Notes: generated from the sequence alone by a model not told the origin. Positions 38,901 to 48,580 are shown, counted from the stretch's first letter. The stretch: 64,000 nucleotides of DNA from a virus (IMGVR_UViG_3300046514_000653:12303-76302); one strand, 5' to 3'. A program made the numbers and translations.

Positions 38901-40278
38901 CTACAATCTTGTACCCGTCTGCAGTAGTCTGCACAGACATGCCTGTGTAAGCGCCGAGTGGACCGGCTCCAACGATACCAAGGATGTCTTCAAAGTCCGA
39001 TTCTTCTCTGACGGCCGCTATGATTGTATTCGCTACAAAGGCTTGCTTAGGATCGCCATTGTCATTGCACCAGATCTCAGGCAGAACCTTGCCCCACATG
39101 GAGTCGGCGATGATCGAAGTGGCAGTGACAGTATCGCGGAGGAAGCCGCCGATGATCCCAGTGCCGTTGTCTTTGATGGACGCAGACTGCGGGAATGCCG
39201 GGTGTCCACCAAAGAACGGGGACATACCATGAGCAAGACAACCGTTGGGGGTGTTGAAAAAGTAATCACAAGAATGCGGATCGCCGCCGAGCGCGACAAG
39301 AGCGGCTCCGGATGCGCCTTGTGTATCGAAGGGACAAAGCGGTGCTACGTTGAACTTCTTGTAGCACTGATGTGAGATCTTCTGTTGAGGGTAAGCGAGC
39401 GTGATTGGATAGAGACCATCTGAACAGATGATCTTGAACTTGGAGCTGGCGTCGAGTTGCCATTTTTGAATAAAGCCGCGCCAGAGATCCAGTCTAATCG
39501 CAGTGTTGACATGAAATAAAGAAAATTGCACATCCGCGTATTGAAGGCCGGTGTCCTGGACGAAGAGCGACATCGCGCGATCTGCATTGCCAAGTGTAAA
39601 TTGAACATTGTCCGCTCGGCCGGAGATGTCCTGAGACATGATTAGATCACTGCCTGGCTCTCCAATAGAGAGAACACGAGGGAGATAGAGTTGATCACCG
39701 ATCTTACAACGACGGTCGGAGAGGTAAAGAGGTAGGACAGCCGGGTCGCGAACTTGAATACGAAAGAGCGGGATGATCGTCTGCACTTCCGAGAGCAGAG
39801 CTGTGGCGAGAGAGGACCGTGGGAAGCGAGTGTCTACACCGTTGAGCGGATAAGTAGGCGGAGATGTTGGATCGATGATCTCCAGAAACGTCATCCCCGT
39901 TTGAGTCATTGTGGCGAGATCGGTTAAAGACAAAGGATTGAGATCGTGGATGACTGTAAAAGGTGTAGTCGTAGTTGGGTCGATGTCTGGAGCGTTGTAA
40001 GTGAATGAGGAAAGCGATCCGGAGGTGAGATTGTAGAAGTCTGTGAGTTGCTTCCGTTCTGCACGTGATAAAGCCGCACGGACAAAGGTGAAGCGGCGAA
40101 GACCAGAACCGGTAGAGAAGACTTGTTTCTGAAGCGTCGCGCCAGAGCCGAATTCATGTGTGATTGTTTTCCAATCACGAGACATGGAATAGCCAAAGTC
40201 CGTGGCAACAGACAACGGCCACGTGGCGCCAGATGGAGTGGGAGTCGGGATAGTAATGCGACCAAGAGTGTCTGACAT
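35977..40278 (-). CDS. tail tip / hub-central fibre protein (gpM-gpL-gpJ-like fusion)
   Basis: 1433 aa after distal tail gene; Cys cluster CYKKF..C..CDY..C; typical host-specificity protein architecture. Confidence 0.75.
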   Translation of the reverse strand: MSDTLGRITIPTPTPSGATWPLSVATDFGYSMSRDWKTITHEFGSGATLQKQVFSTGSGLRRFTFVRAALSRAERKQLTDFYNLTSGSLSSFTYNAPDIDPTTTTPFTVIHDLNPLSLTDLATMTQTGMTFLEIIDPTSPPTYPLNGVDTRFPRSSLATALLSEVQTIIPLFRIQVRDPAVLPLYLSDRRCKIGDQLYLPRVLSIGEPGSDLIMSQDISGRADNVQFTLGNADRAMSLFVQDTGLQYADVQFSLFHVNTAIRLDLWRGFIQKWQLDASSKFKIICSDGLYPITLAYPQQKISHQCYKKFNVAPLCPFDTQGASGAALVALGGDPHSCDYFFNTPNGCLAHGMSPFFGGHPAFPQSASIKDNGTGIIGGFLRDTVTATSIIADSMWGKVLPEIWCNDNGDPKQAFVANTIIAAVREESDFEDILGIVGAGPLGAYTGMSVQTTADGYKIVVSPLADGFTPQGFNVDSQLNVTGFHPELGLREVLGADPASKTFDFFSLGQGTPQHWDVPDPVFGNINTSQAHDILPFAAGTAFVEMRYAKSSGAGILPTNTDAHSMTIPISRGLTGISSASGTLTPGLTNPFWVAVSCLLRALGVFNTDPSVQTQYYIPESLFVGDGSGCAEIADLVVPALLGGGTETQFVFNGALSESKPFRDWLAEIISCALGIFSFEFGRLRLSIRENAAATSAFTLANMLFQSFSCTPIEASFESIRLLFANRALQYQNDQAEYTDKDHALYFGRNNAALQTDMRSVGMCNMSQALRVAATRVREEIGGILRPDLLNPYIEWDGARDAVFKSTILSLETYVGQVVSITHPDVPTYPGAVGASSYPDHTWNFRIRNWALYKDYSISFILRSVTDSMYDLDKGPKPTSVKPAPLPILYHPPSSNPAWAPNAVVADPTDVLFANERTFSLKQDYTVFGGTVNSEVIVSGSLPVTSPFQDSGAPDITGVKVTQATTGGFIKGGITLRVQFAAGFDFSLSGASKILIVQIPAGTNTNVFTVFGITWSTTGGPTPTAGAIFISDIDQLICFQQPVVLPATSFVVDGPFVRSTYAVPNTRTKKIRIKTRDLIHGGVAGAPIDALDSTSITCSQLVDISSTDSWAGRQIACIGRNNGEAPYFHANCTAFNPATGKLTLNRDPTAGVFPLLVGDVIVVCFSGYDNSSNQYAFSDFGLLNATNTPPHSGETIHDPNRIGNVVMCIRGLSRGLSAKIVDVDTNISYVLDQPLPLDATSIVVVVVNAWSSPIDSADFQNADISANTSISVPIKNQAGAAFLVGGFTVDMDDVESAEEFAPTRMLYSFGKEGAGINRGYYDIIIVAGHAVIDLANGLNQRIVLDGSLITVDAPIWTGGVITAGIDFTLYIDQDATGGRQRCVFTTGTPGFTADTNDENEAPIAADLSTRSTALFEYHGTLWGIDAWRTGGSIT
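36760..36770. repeat. palindrome site (10/11) CTGGTTACTAG
   Basis: Coding, tail tip gene. Confidence 0.7.
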
Positions 40279-40281
40279 GGA

Positions 40282-40389
40282 TTAGTGATCACGAAAAGCA
40301 AGGTAAGTCAGGAAAGTTGCGACGGCCAGAGCGAGAAGTAGAATCGCCCAATCCGGAAGACTCCGTGTAATTCGTACGATGACTCTCAT
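40282..40389 (-). CDS. 35-aa single-TM peptide (not in ORF track)
   Basis: MRVIVRITRSLPDWAILLLALAVATFLTYLAFRDH; RBS GAGGAG; fills the gap exactly. Confidence 0.55.
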   Translation of the reverse strand: MRVIVRITRSLPDWAILLLALAVATFLTYLAFRDH

Positions 40390-40845
40390 CTAAGTTGTCT
40401 CCTCTAGGGTGATGCCTGGAATATCGCAACGGCCGAGGTTTACAATGATTTTCCAATCTCCCTTAAAGCGCACAACAACACGTCCTGTGGTACTGATACC
40501 GGTTGGGTCGTAGTTAGAGCCAATTTGAGTACCTGGGAGAGCACCATACGGATCATAGAAGTAGAAAGGGACGAGACCGCCAAAGACAGATTCAAAAAAG
40601 TCAAGGAAAGTAACAGCGTCACTATAGCCAAGTCGTCTCGACATGTACCACGTACGCGCCGGCCGCGGAGGATTTACACCGTCGACGATGAGACTACGCT
40701 CGATTGTGCCGTCGTTGTAGATTGCCGAGAGGATCGGAAATTGAGAGGTTAGAGAGAAAGCTGTGGCTAGACCGGCTGGCATGACTAACGATGGGGCGGC
40801 GAGTTGAAGAGAGCCGGGCATAGTGTAGTTTTGGTTAGCTCGCAA
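40390..40845 (-). CDS. distal tail protein (gpM/DUF2460-like)
   Basis: Follows TMP; FF....G...PFYFYDP...VRF pattern. Confidence 0.7.
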   Translation of the reverse strand: MRANQNYTMPGSLQLAAPSLVMPAGLATAFSLTSQFPILSAIYNDGTIERSLIVDGVNPPRPARTWYMSRRLGYSDAVTFLDFFESVFGGLVPFYFYDPYGALPGTQIGSNYDPTGISTTGRVVVRFKGDWKIIVNLGRCDIPGITLEETT

Positions 40846-43800
40846 TCGATCCGGGTTGGCTCAGTGCCAGAGCTGCATCGACTCTCCCTTGACTTCCTCT
40901 CCAAGCCGCGGCTTGCGCCTGCGCGACGTAGGACGGTGTGATGACTTGCCCCTGCATGAACGGCGAGATCCCATCTCCATCCACGTTCAGCGACAGAGAG
41001 ATATTTCCACCTCCGCCACCAGGGGACGGGAAAGTCCCGACGCCAGCGGTCCCACCGTAGACGGGGAGGTTGGAGCTGTACGCATACTGATTGCCGTAGA
41101 GCGATGTTGTTTGTTGAAACAGCCGCCCACCGGATTCTACAAGTCCGCCTCCATGTGGAGTATCCGCGCCTTGCGGGAAGTTGCGCGACTGTCCAGTCCC
41201 GGCCGCGTAGAGCCCGAGCATCTGGCGTACTTCAGGGGAGCGGACGGCGAGAGAGACGTGAGAAGCGTAGGACTGCTGCGAGATCGCGACAATCTGATCA
41301 GCCATGGCAGTGTTGATTGTGATTCCGTACTGAGATTTCACAAGCCGCTTGGCTTCATTACGCGGAGACTCGACGCCAGCGATCTGCTCACCAAAACCAA
41401 TGCCAGCGCCTACAGCCGCGCCAATAGGACCGGCAATGAGATAGCCACCGGCTGCACCTTGGAGAGTACCGGCGAATGTTCCACGTTGATTACCGAGTAA
41501 TCCGTGCTCGGCCAAAGCGATACCAATCCCTCCAGCGATTCCTCCGAAGGGAGTGTTGGCAAGTGGAGCTTTAGACAGAGATCCAATAGAGAAACCTTGT
41601 CCCTCATCCACACCGGGTGTGTTGTCATCGATTCCTGGAGTACCGCCTTTATCACCACGGCCGAAAAGGTCGCCGATGTGAAAGCCGGAGTAGGAAGATT
41701 TGTTGAAGAGACTGCCGATGCCTTTGATGAAGCCACCGAAACCTCCGCCTCCTTGAGTCCCACCTCCACCTCCACCTCCGCGGAAGATGCCGCCGAGGAT
41801 GCCGCCAATCCCTCCACCTCCGCCGCCTCCAGACGTAGACCCTCCACCCGAGAATCCGCCAAAGCCGCTGTTGAGTCCGCCGCTCCCACTGTTCACAAAT
41901 CCTGGAGTTCCACCAGGACCAAGGAAGGAAGGAAGGCCAAGAGGGCTAGCCCCGAAGTCTCCACTGCCTCCAGAGAACCCAGAAGTCCCGCCTAGACTGC
42001 CCCCAGGACCTACAGGGAAGGGGGAGAAGCCGCCTCCGCCGCCCGAGAACCCACCACCACCCCCTCCACCCCCTGCGATAGCTCCTGCGGCGTTTGTAAG
42101 CGCGGAAGCCGCATAGGTTAGAGCAGAGGCTGCTGGGATGAGTGGGGCGCCAATGCCGGTCGAGCCTCCAGAGATCCCGCGAAGAGCCCCATTGATCCCA
42201 CCGTTGCCGCCTGCACCAAAGATGACGGGTTGCAGGAAAGTAGAGATGTGCTCACTGATCCCTTCTGTGATCGGCTTGAGTGCCGCAGTCTTCACAGTGC
42301 CGAGCAGATCCTTACCGAAATTGCCGGGCTTAGTGAAAAGGGTAGTTACTAGCGTATTGACCTGCCCCTTGATTTCTTCTGTCTGCTGCTTGACGATCTC
42401 CAGACGTTTGATGTCATATTCATCCTGCGCCTGGTTGCGTTCTAGTGCGAGAGTGTTAAGACGACGAGCGTTGGCGATGTCGCGCTCATTGCCTTCGTCA
42501 AGAAGATTGATCCGACGTTGCTCGATTTGATCAAGTTGTTGGGCGAGCTGGAGACGGATTTGGTATGCGTTGGTGGCTTGCGCAACAGGATTGCCAGAGT
42601 TAGAGAGAGAAGAGATTTGACCAGCGCGGCCGAAGCGGCGTTCTGTTTCAGACTTCGCTCCACCAAGGTTAATGTCCAGGATCTCGTCCTGCGCACGAAA
42701 GCGCTTTTGGTTCTCTTCAAAGAAGAGCTTCTCAGCAGCGCCGATGGGTCCGCGGGCTCGACGCTCACCAGTACCTTCGGCTTGATAGTTGTTCAGTAGC
42801 TCACGCTGAATCTGCTTATCTTCCGCATCCTTGCGATTTACTTCAGCGATGCGAAGCGCAAAACCAGCAGCCTCCTGGCCGTAGAGCTTTTGGAAAACAG
42901 CCCGTCCTCCAGGTTGAGCAAGGACACCATTGTTCGTGTTCTCACGCAGAAGGTTGCGCAGAGCGATGTCTTCTTCTCCGCGGATCTTTCCAGCTTCACC
43001 TAAGTTTTGATACTTCGTGCGCGTATCGTTGTCGGCAACTTGATCGCGAAGATGTGCAACGTTCTGAAGATAATTCAGTCGCTCTTGTTCTTCTTTACCG
43101 AGACGTTTGACTAACTCTTCCTGGCGTTGGTATGCGGCGTTTGCTTTATTGACCGCTTTCTCTTGCTCCTGAACAACAGAGAGGAGAGTTCCGTTTGCTG
43201 CAGAGCGCTCAAGTAGGACTCGCTTTTCATCCAGGTCCTGTTTGCGTACAGAAAGTTCACGCTCCGCTCCTTCACGCGTGCCGGAGCCGAAGTTAGAAAG
43301 GAACCGCTTGGCTTCATCCGATCCTTGTGTGCCGAAGATCAAATCAGCATTGCGACGAGTTTGTAAAATACCGCGGTTGAACAAACCTCGCGCGGCATCT
43401 CCACGGATGTCTGTGAAGGGGACGACGTTTGAGAAGTCACCGCGGGACCGGGCGAGAAGATCTTCTTTACTTGCCTGTCCGATGTCGAGTGGCGTCTCGC
43501 CGGCAGTGATAGCTGAACCAGCTTGAACTACTTTAAGAAAGACAGTGGCAGTGATGTCTTTGAAGCTGTTCTTAAACTGCTCCCAGCGCGCGTCTACGTC
43601 CGCGATCTGCTGTTTGTAGCTCGCCCATTTGTCAATGTCATCTTGCTTTGGAGCTGGAAGACCGTGAGCGTCGAAGTAGACAGTGTTTGCTTGAAGTTCT
43701 TTGAGGAACGGGATTGCTTCTACACCTGCACGCTGGAAGAGATCGCGAGCGTCTTGCGCGAGCTTCGTACCAGGATTGAGGTGAGAGAACTTCTCAGAGA

Positions 43801-44647
43801 TCTCCTGTAAGAGTTGTGCGGTCGGACGGACCTTGCCGTTTAGGTCGGTGACTGAGACTCCAAGATCCTGAAGAGTCTTCCGTCCCTTCTGCCCGGCCGG
43901 GGAAAGGTCTTCGGTTGCTTCGGTAAGTCCGCGCATCAGGCGCGCGACGATTGACACATCCTGGCCGACTGCTTTAGCTGCGAAGGAGAACTGCGCGGTC
44001 TCGCGGGCAGTAAGGCCGGTTTGAAGCTGCAGGTCCTTGAATTCAGTTCCGTAGTCAGCAAGAGAACGGACTGCAGAGGCGCCGGCCGCGGCGAGCCCTA
44101 CAAAGCCAGCAGTGATGCCTCCGATAATCAAGGACGCTCCACCGAGCCGGGTGAGAATGTTCACACCTTCCGCCGCGGCGTTGGTTGTACGGCCTTCAGC
44201 AAGATCCTTAGCCGCGAAGATACCGAAGCGGGTGATGCCAGATCCACCATGACCAGAGCCTTGCTGTTGCTGCTGACGTTCAGCTTCAATCAACTTCTTG
44301 GTAGATGCAGTGACAAGATCAATGGCTTTCTGGTTCTGACCGAGCTGGCGAATAACTGCGTCACGCCGGGCGATGATTCGATCCTCCGCACTCTTCCCTG
44401 CTTGATCCGCTTGCAAGGCATAAGATTTGGCGAGACGGTTCTGCGCTTGCAACTGCCGATCCGTGATAGTGATGAGATTCTTGTAAAGATTCTCAGTTGC
44501 GACTAGCGACGCGTCTAGCTCCTCACCTGCAGCCACACCAGACTTCGCCATGGCTTTATGCGCGTCTTGAATCTGACGAATGGCTGCAAGCGCGGATTTA
44601 GGATCGATGTTGTAGCTAAGATCGTTTGAGCTAGAGCCGCCAGCCAT
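40835..44647 (-). CDS. tape measure protein
   Basis: 1270 aa, helical and Ala/Gly-rich, directly after chaperone and morphogenesis genes. Confidence 0.9.
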   Translation of the reverse strand: MAGGSSSNDLSYNIDPKSALAAIRQIQDAHKAMAKSGVAAGEELDASLVATENLYKNLITITDRQLQAQNRLAKSYALQADQAGKSAEDRIIARRDAVIRQLGQNQKAIDLVTASTKKLIEAERQQQQQGSGHGGSGITRFGIFAAKDLAEGRTTNAAAEGVNILTRLGGASLIIGGITAGFVGLAAAGASAVRSLADYGTEFKDLQLQTGLTARETAQFSFAAKAVGQDVSIVARLMRGLTEATEDLSPAGQKGRKTLQDLGVSVTDLNGKVRPTAQLLQEISEKFSHLNPGTKLAQDARDLFQRAGVEAIPFLKELQANTVYFDAHGLPAPKQDDIDKWASYKQQIADVDARWEQFKNSFKDITATVFLKVVQAGSAITAGETPLDIGQASKEDLLARSRGDFSNVVPFTDIRGDAARGLFNRGILQTRRNADLIFGTQGSDEAKRFLSNFGSGTREGAERELSVRKQDLDEKRVLLERSAANGTLLSVVQEQEKAVNKANAAYQRQEELVKRLGKEEQERLNYLQNVAHLRDQVADNDTRTKYQNLGEAGKIRGEEDIALRNLLRENTNNGVLAQPGGRAVFQKLYGQEAAGFALRIAEVNRKDAEDKQIQRELLNNYQAEGTGERRARGPIGAAEKLFFEENQKRFRAQDEILDINLGGAKSETERRFGRAGQISSLSNSGNPVAQATNAYQIRLQLAQQLDQIEQRRINLLDEGNERDIANARRLNTLALERNQAQDEYDIKRLEIVKQQTEEIKGQVNTLVTTLFTKPGNFGKDLLGTVKTAALKPITEGISEHISTFLQPVIFGAGGNGGINGALRGISGGSTGIGAPLIPAASALTYAASALTNAAGAIAGGGGGGGGFSGGGGGFSPFPVGPGGSLGGTSGFSGGSGDFGASPLGLPSFLGPGGTPGFVNSGSGGLNSGFGGFSGGGSTSGGGGGGGIGGILGGIFRGGGGGGGTQGGGGFGGFIKGIGSLFNKSSYSGFHIGDLFGRGDKGGTPGIDDNTPGVDEGQGFSIGSLSKAPLANTPFGGIAGGIGIALAEHGLLGNQRGTFAGTLQGAAGGYLIAGPIGAAVGAGIGFGEQIAGVESPRNEAKRLVKSQYGITINTAMADQIVAISQQSYASHVSLAVRSPEVRQMLGLYAAGTGQSRNFPQGADTPHGGGLVESGGRLFQQTTSLYGNQYAYSSNLPVYGGTAGVGTFPSPGGGGGNISLSLNVDGDGISPFMQGQVITPSYVAQAQAAAWRGSQGRVDAALALSQPGSIAS
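42342..42352. repeat. palindrome site (10/11) GTAGTTACTAG
   Basis: Coding, TMP, read as LVTT. Confidence 0.7.
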
Positions 44648-44667
44648 AGTAAATATCCTTTAGCCAA

Positions 44668-44737
44668 AGGGCGGCAGGAAGGGTTAGTAGCTGCCGCCCT
44701 CGTCTCTGGCAGAAAGCGAGTCCGGAGGGTGCTCGCT
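44668..44737 (-). other. two intergenic hairpins upstream of TMP
   Basis: AGGGCGGCAG/CTGCCGCCCT (44668-44700) and AGCGAG/CTCGCT (44715-44737). Confidence 0.5.
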
Positions 44738-44785
44738 CTCCCGTCTGCGTACTAGGATACCAATTGAGTAAGAACTACGCTCGGA

Positions 44786-45262
44786 TTACGCTCGCTTTAA
44801 AAAGCGCTGCCAATCCTGTTGATTACCACCGAGGACAATCACGCGGCTAGACTTGGTCTGTTGCAGCGTTGCGCGAAGGGCGGCATGAAGAGTCTCAGTG
44901 TCCTTTGGGGAGTCGGCAAGCATCTCTTCTCTGCGCCGGTTGATCGTCGCTTCATCGTTCGCCCGCGCATTAGTAAAGCCGATTGTCACGTGATCCTGGT
45001 CCGCAACTTTCACTTTGAAACTCCCCATCATCGCACCCGACCAGCGCCAGTCTCGAATAGGCGCTCGATTACGAAGAAGTTTACGGCGAGCGTATTTGTC
45101 GATGAGAGCTTTTGCTTTAGAGTCCTGGGAGTTAATCCCTCGTGCGATCCGGTCGGACTTTGTGTCGACCATGACTTGACCAAGCGTCTTCATTTGCTCA
45201 GAGGAGAGCGGAGAGAGCGTGAATTTAAGATCTCGGACGTTGGTCTCGAAGCGCTTGCCCAT
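44786..45262 (-). CDS. virion morphogenesis / tail completion protein
   Basis: KAL..KYARRK...SGAMMGSF...VTIGF pattern. Confidence 0.65.
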   Translation of the reverse strand: MGKRFETNVRDLKFTLSPLSSEQMKTLGQVMVDTKSDRIARGINSQDSKAKALIDKYARRKLLRNRAPIRDWRWSGAMMGSFKVKVADQDHVTIGFTNARANDEATINRRREEMLADSPKDTETLHAALRATLQQTKSSRVIVLGGNQQDWQRFLKRA

Positions 45263-45271
45263 GAGTCCATT

Positions 45272-45760
45272 CTAACGTTTTGCGCGTTCACTAGCTTCTC
45301 TCATCCTTCTCTCCATCTCGGCCTTCTTCCGCTTTGCTTCCGCATCTTCCATCATCCAATTCGAACGTTCAGAGTCAAGTGTATTCAGAGCCCGGTGCTC
45401 TTCCATCGTGATCTCATCAAGCCCTAGATGATAACGCTTAATCAATACGTCTAATTCAAGGACGCGAGTCAACAGACGGCCAGCGCGAGAGAAATTCCAG
45501 TGATGTCGCATGAGTGGCGTGGGACAGGCATCACAAGGGAGGATCTTAGAGTTGGTTGAATCACACACCGGACAGTTTTGTAACGTCTCCGGATCGTCGA
45601 ATGTCCATTCTTTACCACAGTCGTTACAGGCCGCGTTTCGCGAGCTGATACACCCCAGCGGACCTTTCTCGCCGCCGCGGCAAAGAACGGATTCACGCAA
45701 CAGCCGGTGAAGGAGGAGACGGAACGTTACCGGCTCCGGCCATTCATCCGGCGCGATTAG
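45272..45760 (-). CDS. tail assembly chaperone GT extension (via -1 frameshift) with zinc-binding Cys motifs
   Basis: The -1 frame is open from the slippery site through LIAPDEWPEP...RESVLCRGG; CNDC, CPVC, CDAC. Confidence 0.75.
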   Translation of the reverse strand, partial: LIAPDEWPEPVTFRLLLHRLLRESVLCRGGEKGPLGCISSRNAACNDCGKEWTFDDPETLQNCPVCDSTNSKILPCDACPTPLMRHHWNFSRAGRLLTRVLELDVLIKRYHLGLDEITMEEHRALNTLDSERSNWMMEDAEAKRKKAEMERRMREASERAKR

Positions 45761-46413
45761 TTTGGGTCGGTAGCGTCCTGCTCTTCAAGCCCAAGCTTGT
45801 ACATGAGCGAGTTGATCACTGTGCGTTTGTGGTGGATCGGGACAGCAGTGCCAGGGGCGTATCCTGCGGAGGACTGGATGATGGCATCGAAGAGTTCCGC
45901 GGGGACCTGGACTGGATAGCGCTGTTCCTGCATGCCATCGGGGAGATCGACGGGAGACATAATGAACTTACGATAGCGCTCGGCTTCAGAGGCTTTCGGC
46001 ATGCGGAGAGTGTGGACGATGGGGATACGCTCTCCATTGTCGTCTTTGTCATCGAGTGGAGTGGCCAGGGTGACGACGAAGAGATCACCGTCATGGAGAC
46101 AAGAGAGCATGCGGTGGAAGCTGATCTCACCCAGCGCCTTGCGCATTTCCGCTTCGTCAAACTCTTCCCCATTATCGAGACGAAGTAGTTTGAAGAGCGT
46201 CGCTTCAGCCCGGACGTTGTTCTTATCCTCTGACACCGACTTCCCGCGGCCGAGAGTCTTGACAATCGTGCGCTGCGAGTTCAGGAACGGAATGATCTCT
46301 TCACTCGTCGGCAAACGCAGGAAAGCTATTTTCTTCGGATACTTGATGGAGACAGGAAATGCCTCAATCTCCTTACCGTCTTCTGTCTTTACTTTTGGAA
46401 GCTGACCGTACAT
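45757..46413 (-). CDS. tail assembly chaperone (gpG analogue)
   Basis: Between tail tube and TMP; ends in a slippery site. Confidence 0.8.
   Translation of the reverse strand: MYGQLPKVKTEDGKEIEAFPVSIKYPKKIAFLRLPTSEEIIPFLNSQRTIVKTLGRGKSVSEDKNNVRAEATLFKLLRLDNGEEFDEAEMRKALGEISFHRMLSCLHDGDLFVVTLATPLDDKDDNGERIPIVHTLRMPKASEAERYRKFIMSPVDLPDGMQEQRYPVQVPAELFDAIIQSSAGYAPGTAVPIHHKRTVINSLMYKLGLEEQDATDPN
45760..45766 (-). other. -1 programmed frameshift heptamer C CCA AAC
   Basis: X XXY YYZ immediately before the chaperone TAA; the -1 frame matches the downstream ORF. Confidence 0.85.
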
Positions 46414-46490
46414 GTGTTGATTTTCCCCTTAGTGTTATACAAACTTACCGCCGAGTCACTACAGGGAGAGGATAACACAGTAAGCCTAGA

Positions 46491-46527
46491 GACAAAAAGA
46501 GCAGGTGGCTTTTTAGTTCCACCTGCT
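46491..46527 (-). terminator. intrinsic terminator
   Basis: AGCAGGTGG/CCACCTGCT stem, then CTTTTTG on - strand. Confidence 0.75.
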
Positions 46528-46605
46528 GTTTAAGGTTCCCAAGTGCGAAAGGCTCACAAGAAATACAAGCAGACTTAAGTATACCAGAATTGAAAGCTGG
46601 CTAAT

Positions 46606-46616
46606 CTAGTTACTAG
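46606..46616. repeat. palindrome site, exact
   Basis: Overlaps a stop codon. Confidence 0.9.
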
Positions 46617-46989
46617 CCATCGAGCGAATCTTGAGATTCACGATACCTGCGTTTGTCACGTAGGCTGTCGTCACGTCGCCGGCAAAGGGACAGCGAGCGA
46701 TTGCATCAGTGGCGAGAGTCCAGATCAAGACTTGATTGGCGACGAGGGCAATGGTGTCCTGCGGAGCACTGCCGCTAGGATTGTTAGTGAAGATTGTGCA
46801 AGGACCGTCAGCAGAGATGACGATGCTCTTCAGCTTTGAATGCGTAAAGGCCAGTTGAATCTGAGTGTTCGCGCCGACAGCAACCTGCTTGTCCAGGTTG
46901 TGCGCCACCTCAGAGGTGATTGTTTCGTTAAAGGAGAGACCCGAAGCGCTCTCGTCCTTGTACGTCCTGGTCACTGTGTGCGTCGGCAT
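46606..46989 (-). CDS. hypothetical virion protein (beta-sandwich, possible tail decoration)
   Basis: RBS AGGGAG; follows tail tube; stop lies inside a palindrome. Confidence 0.65.
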   Translation of the reverse strand: MPTHTVTRTYKDESASGLSFNETITSEVAHNLDKQVAVGANTQIQLAFTHSKLKSIVISADGPCTIFTNNPSGSAPQDTIALVANQVLIWTLATDAIARCPFAGDVTTAYVTNAGIVNLKIRSMASN

Positions 46990-47017
46990 GACTCAATTCT
47001 CCTTATTGACTAATGGA

Positions 47018-48019
47018 TTACTGGCAGATGTCGGTGAGATCGTTCTTACTGGTGAACGTCAAGATCGTACTGTCGGAAGTCTTGAACTGGATGGCTGCAT
47101 TGACAGAGACTGCGACAAGCCCTTCTTCGCTCGTGCGGTCAACAGAAGCCAGAGAGACCTGAGACAGATCCCATTGAACGAAGTGCGTTGCGTCCTTCTG
47201 CAGTTTCAGCGACGCTGTGCCGGGCGTCTGTGCGATCAAAGCGGCCAGTTCAGGGCTGGTTGCTTTCAGAAAAGCTGTGATCTGCAGAGAAGGGACACGA
47301 GGACCGAAGAAGATTGTGCTTCCTACAGCCGCGCCGTCCTGCACACCGGAGCCAGGTCTGTACATCAGACGTTCGAGCAGGTTGTTCTTCCACGAGATTG
47401 TACCGGAGAGGATGGAAGAGTCGGCGACGTAATCATGGCCGAGGAGCGAGAGGGAGAGAGTGGCCGATAGAAGTTCGTTCTCAGCCAGTGCCGCGGGAAG
47501 AGAGACACCGGATGGGAAGACGTGGCGTCCGGTACCGAGCAGGGTGACTGAGGTGGTCGAGTCGTTGCGGGTTGGACCAAAGGAGAAGGTGGTCGAGACT
47601 TCCTCTACCTGCACGCCGATCAGCGCTTCGTCAACCGCCATCCCTCCACCTTCCGCGAGCTGCGCGACGAAGGAGGTGTAAGGGAGTTCGAGCGAGACGC
47701 CAGGGTCCTGAGGGACGGCGGTGTAGAGAGACGAGGCGAGCCCCACGTTGCCGAGCGCATAGCACCATGCCAGTGCGGTGAATTCGGCCGTGGTCACCTT
47801 CTGAAACCGGTGCTGGAAAGCCCAGTTATCCAGATAGACCTTGGAGATGAATTCATTCCCTTTACCGATCTCATTCGCATCGGTCTCGGTGACAAGCCGG
47901 ATGGTATCGACTTCCTGCGAGAGCTGACGGAATCGCTTAATCCCGGTAGAGATGGTATGGGAGTCGACTTGTTTCGCCGACCCGATTCCGAATGCGTACG
48001 CTTGTACTCTGTTAGGCAT
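47018..48019 (-). CDS. major tail tube protein
   Basis: 333 aa, beta-rich; synteny; strong RBS AAGGAG. Confidence 0.75.
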   Translation of the reverse strand: MPNRVQAYAFGIGSAKQVDSHTISTGIKRFRQLSQEVDTIRLVTETDANEIGKGNEFISKVYLDNWAFQHRFQKVTTAEFTALAWCYALGNVGLASSLYTAVPQDPGVSLELPYTSFVAQLAEGGGMAVDEALIGVQVEEVSTTFSFGPTRNDSTTSVTLLGTGRHVFPSGVSLPAALAENELLSATLSLSLLGHDYVADSSILSGTISWKNNLLERLMYRPGSGVQDGAAVGSTIFFGPRVPSLQITAFLKATSPELAALIAQTPGTASLKLQKDATHFVQWDLSQVSLASVDRTSEEGLVAVSVNAAIQFKTSDSTILTFTSKNDLTDICQ

Positions 48020-48075
48020 GGAAGTGATTTCTCCTTAGCAAACAACTAATCAACTGTAGCAGATAGTAAGAACGT

Positions 48076-48570
48076 TTACGAGTCCCCTTGTTCGGGAATG
48101 GACACGAGAATTTTGAAGTAGTCCTGCTCTTGACTATCTGTCTGCCCCTGGATCGTAGGAGTATCACAAGGGAGAAGTTCAGGGAGTAAAGAAGCTGTAC
48201 GAAAGTTTTGGTTAAATGCACTTGGAACAGTCAATGGGTTATTCATGAGCATCCAAGCAATGTGCAAAGGCGAGGAGTGAGTTTGTGCTACGTTCCCGCC
48301 TTCTGCTGCATTGTTAGGACGAATGAAGATCTCCAGTCGATGCTTCCAGCGGCCGTAACCAGAGATAGAGCCTTCAAGAAGATCGAGATATGCAACCATC
48401 ACTGTACCAGCCGGCTGCTGTTCTATCGCGCGGGTAAGGGAGTTGTCGACACCGTAGAGATACTGATGGGCATAGATATTGTTCACGTCGCCACCAACTT
48501 CACGCACTACATCATTGATTGACTGTAGAGAAGTGATGACAGAGGCAAGGACAAGATCTGGATCAAGCAT
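48076..48570 (-). CDS. tail terminator-like protein
   Basis: Synteny and size. Confidence 0.55.
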   Translation of the reverse strand: MLDPDLVLASVITSLQSINDVVREVGGDVNNIYAHQYLYGVDNSLTRAIEQQPAGTVMVAYLDLLEGSISGYGRWKHRLEIFIRPNNAAEGGNVAQTHSSPLHIAWMLMNNPLTVPSAFNQNFRTASLLPELLPCDTPTIQGQTDSQEQDYFKILVSIPEQGDS

Positions 48571-48580
48571 GGGAGTCTAC

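Noticed and set aside
41740-42080. Gly-rich CC(A/G/T) repeats
   Set aside because: Low-complexity coding segment of the tape measure protein, not an independent repeat element.
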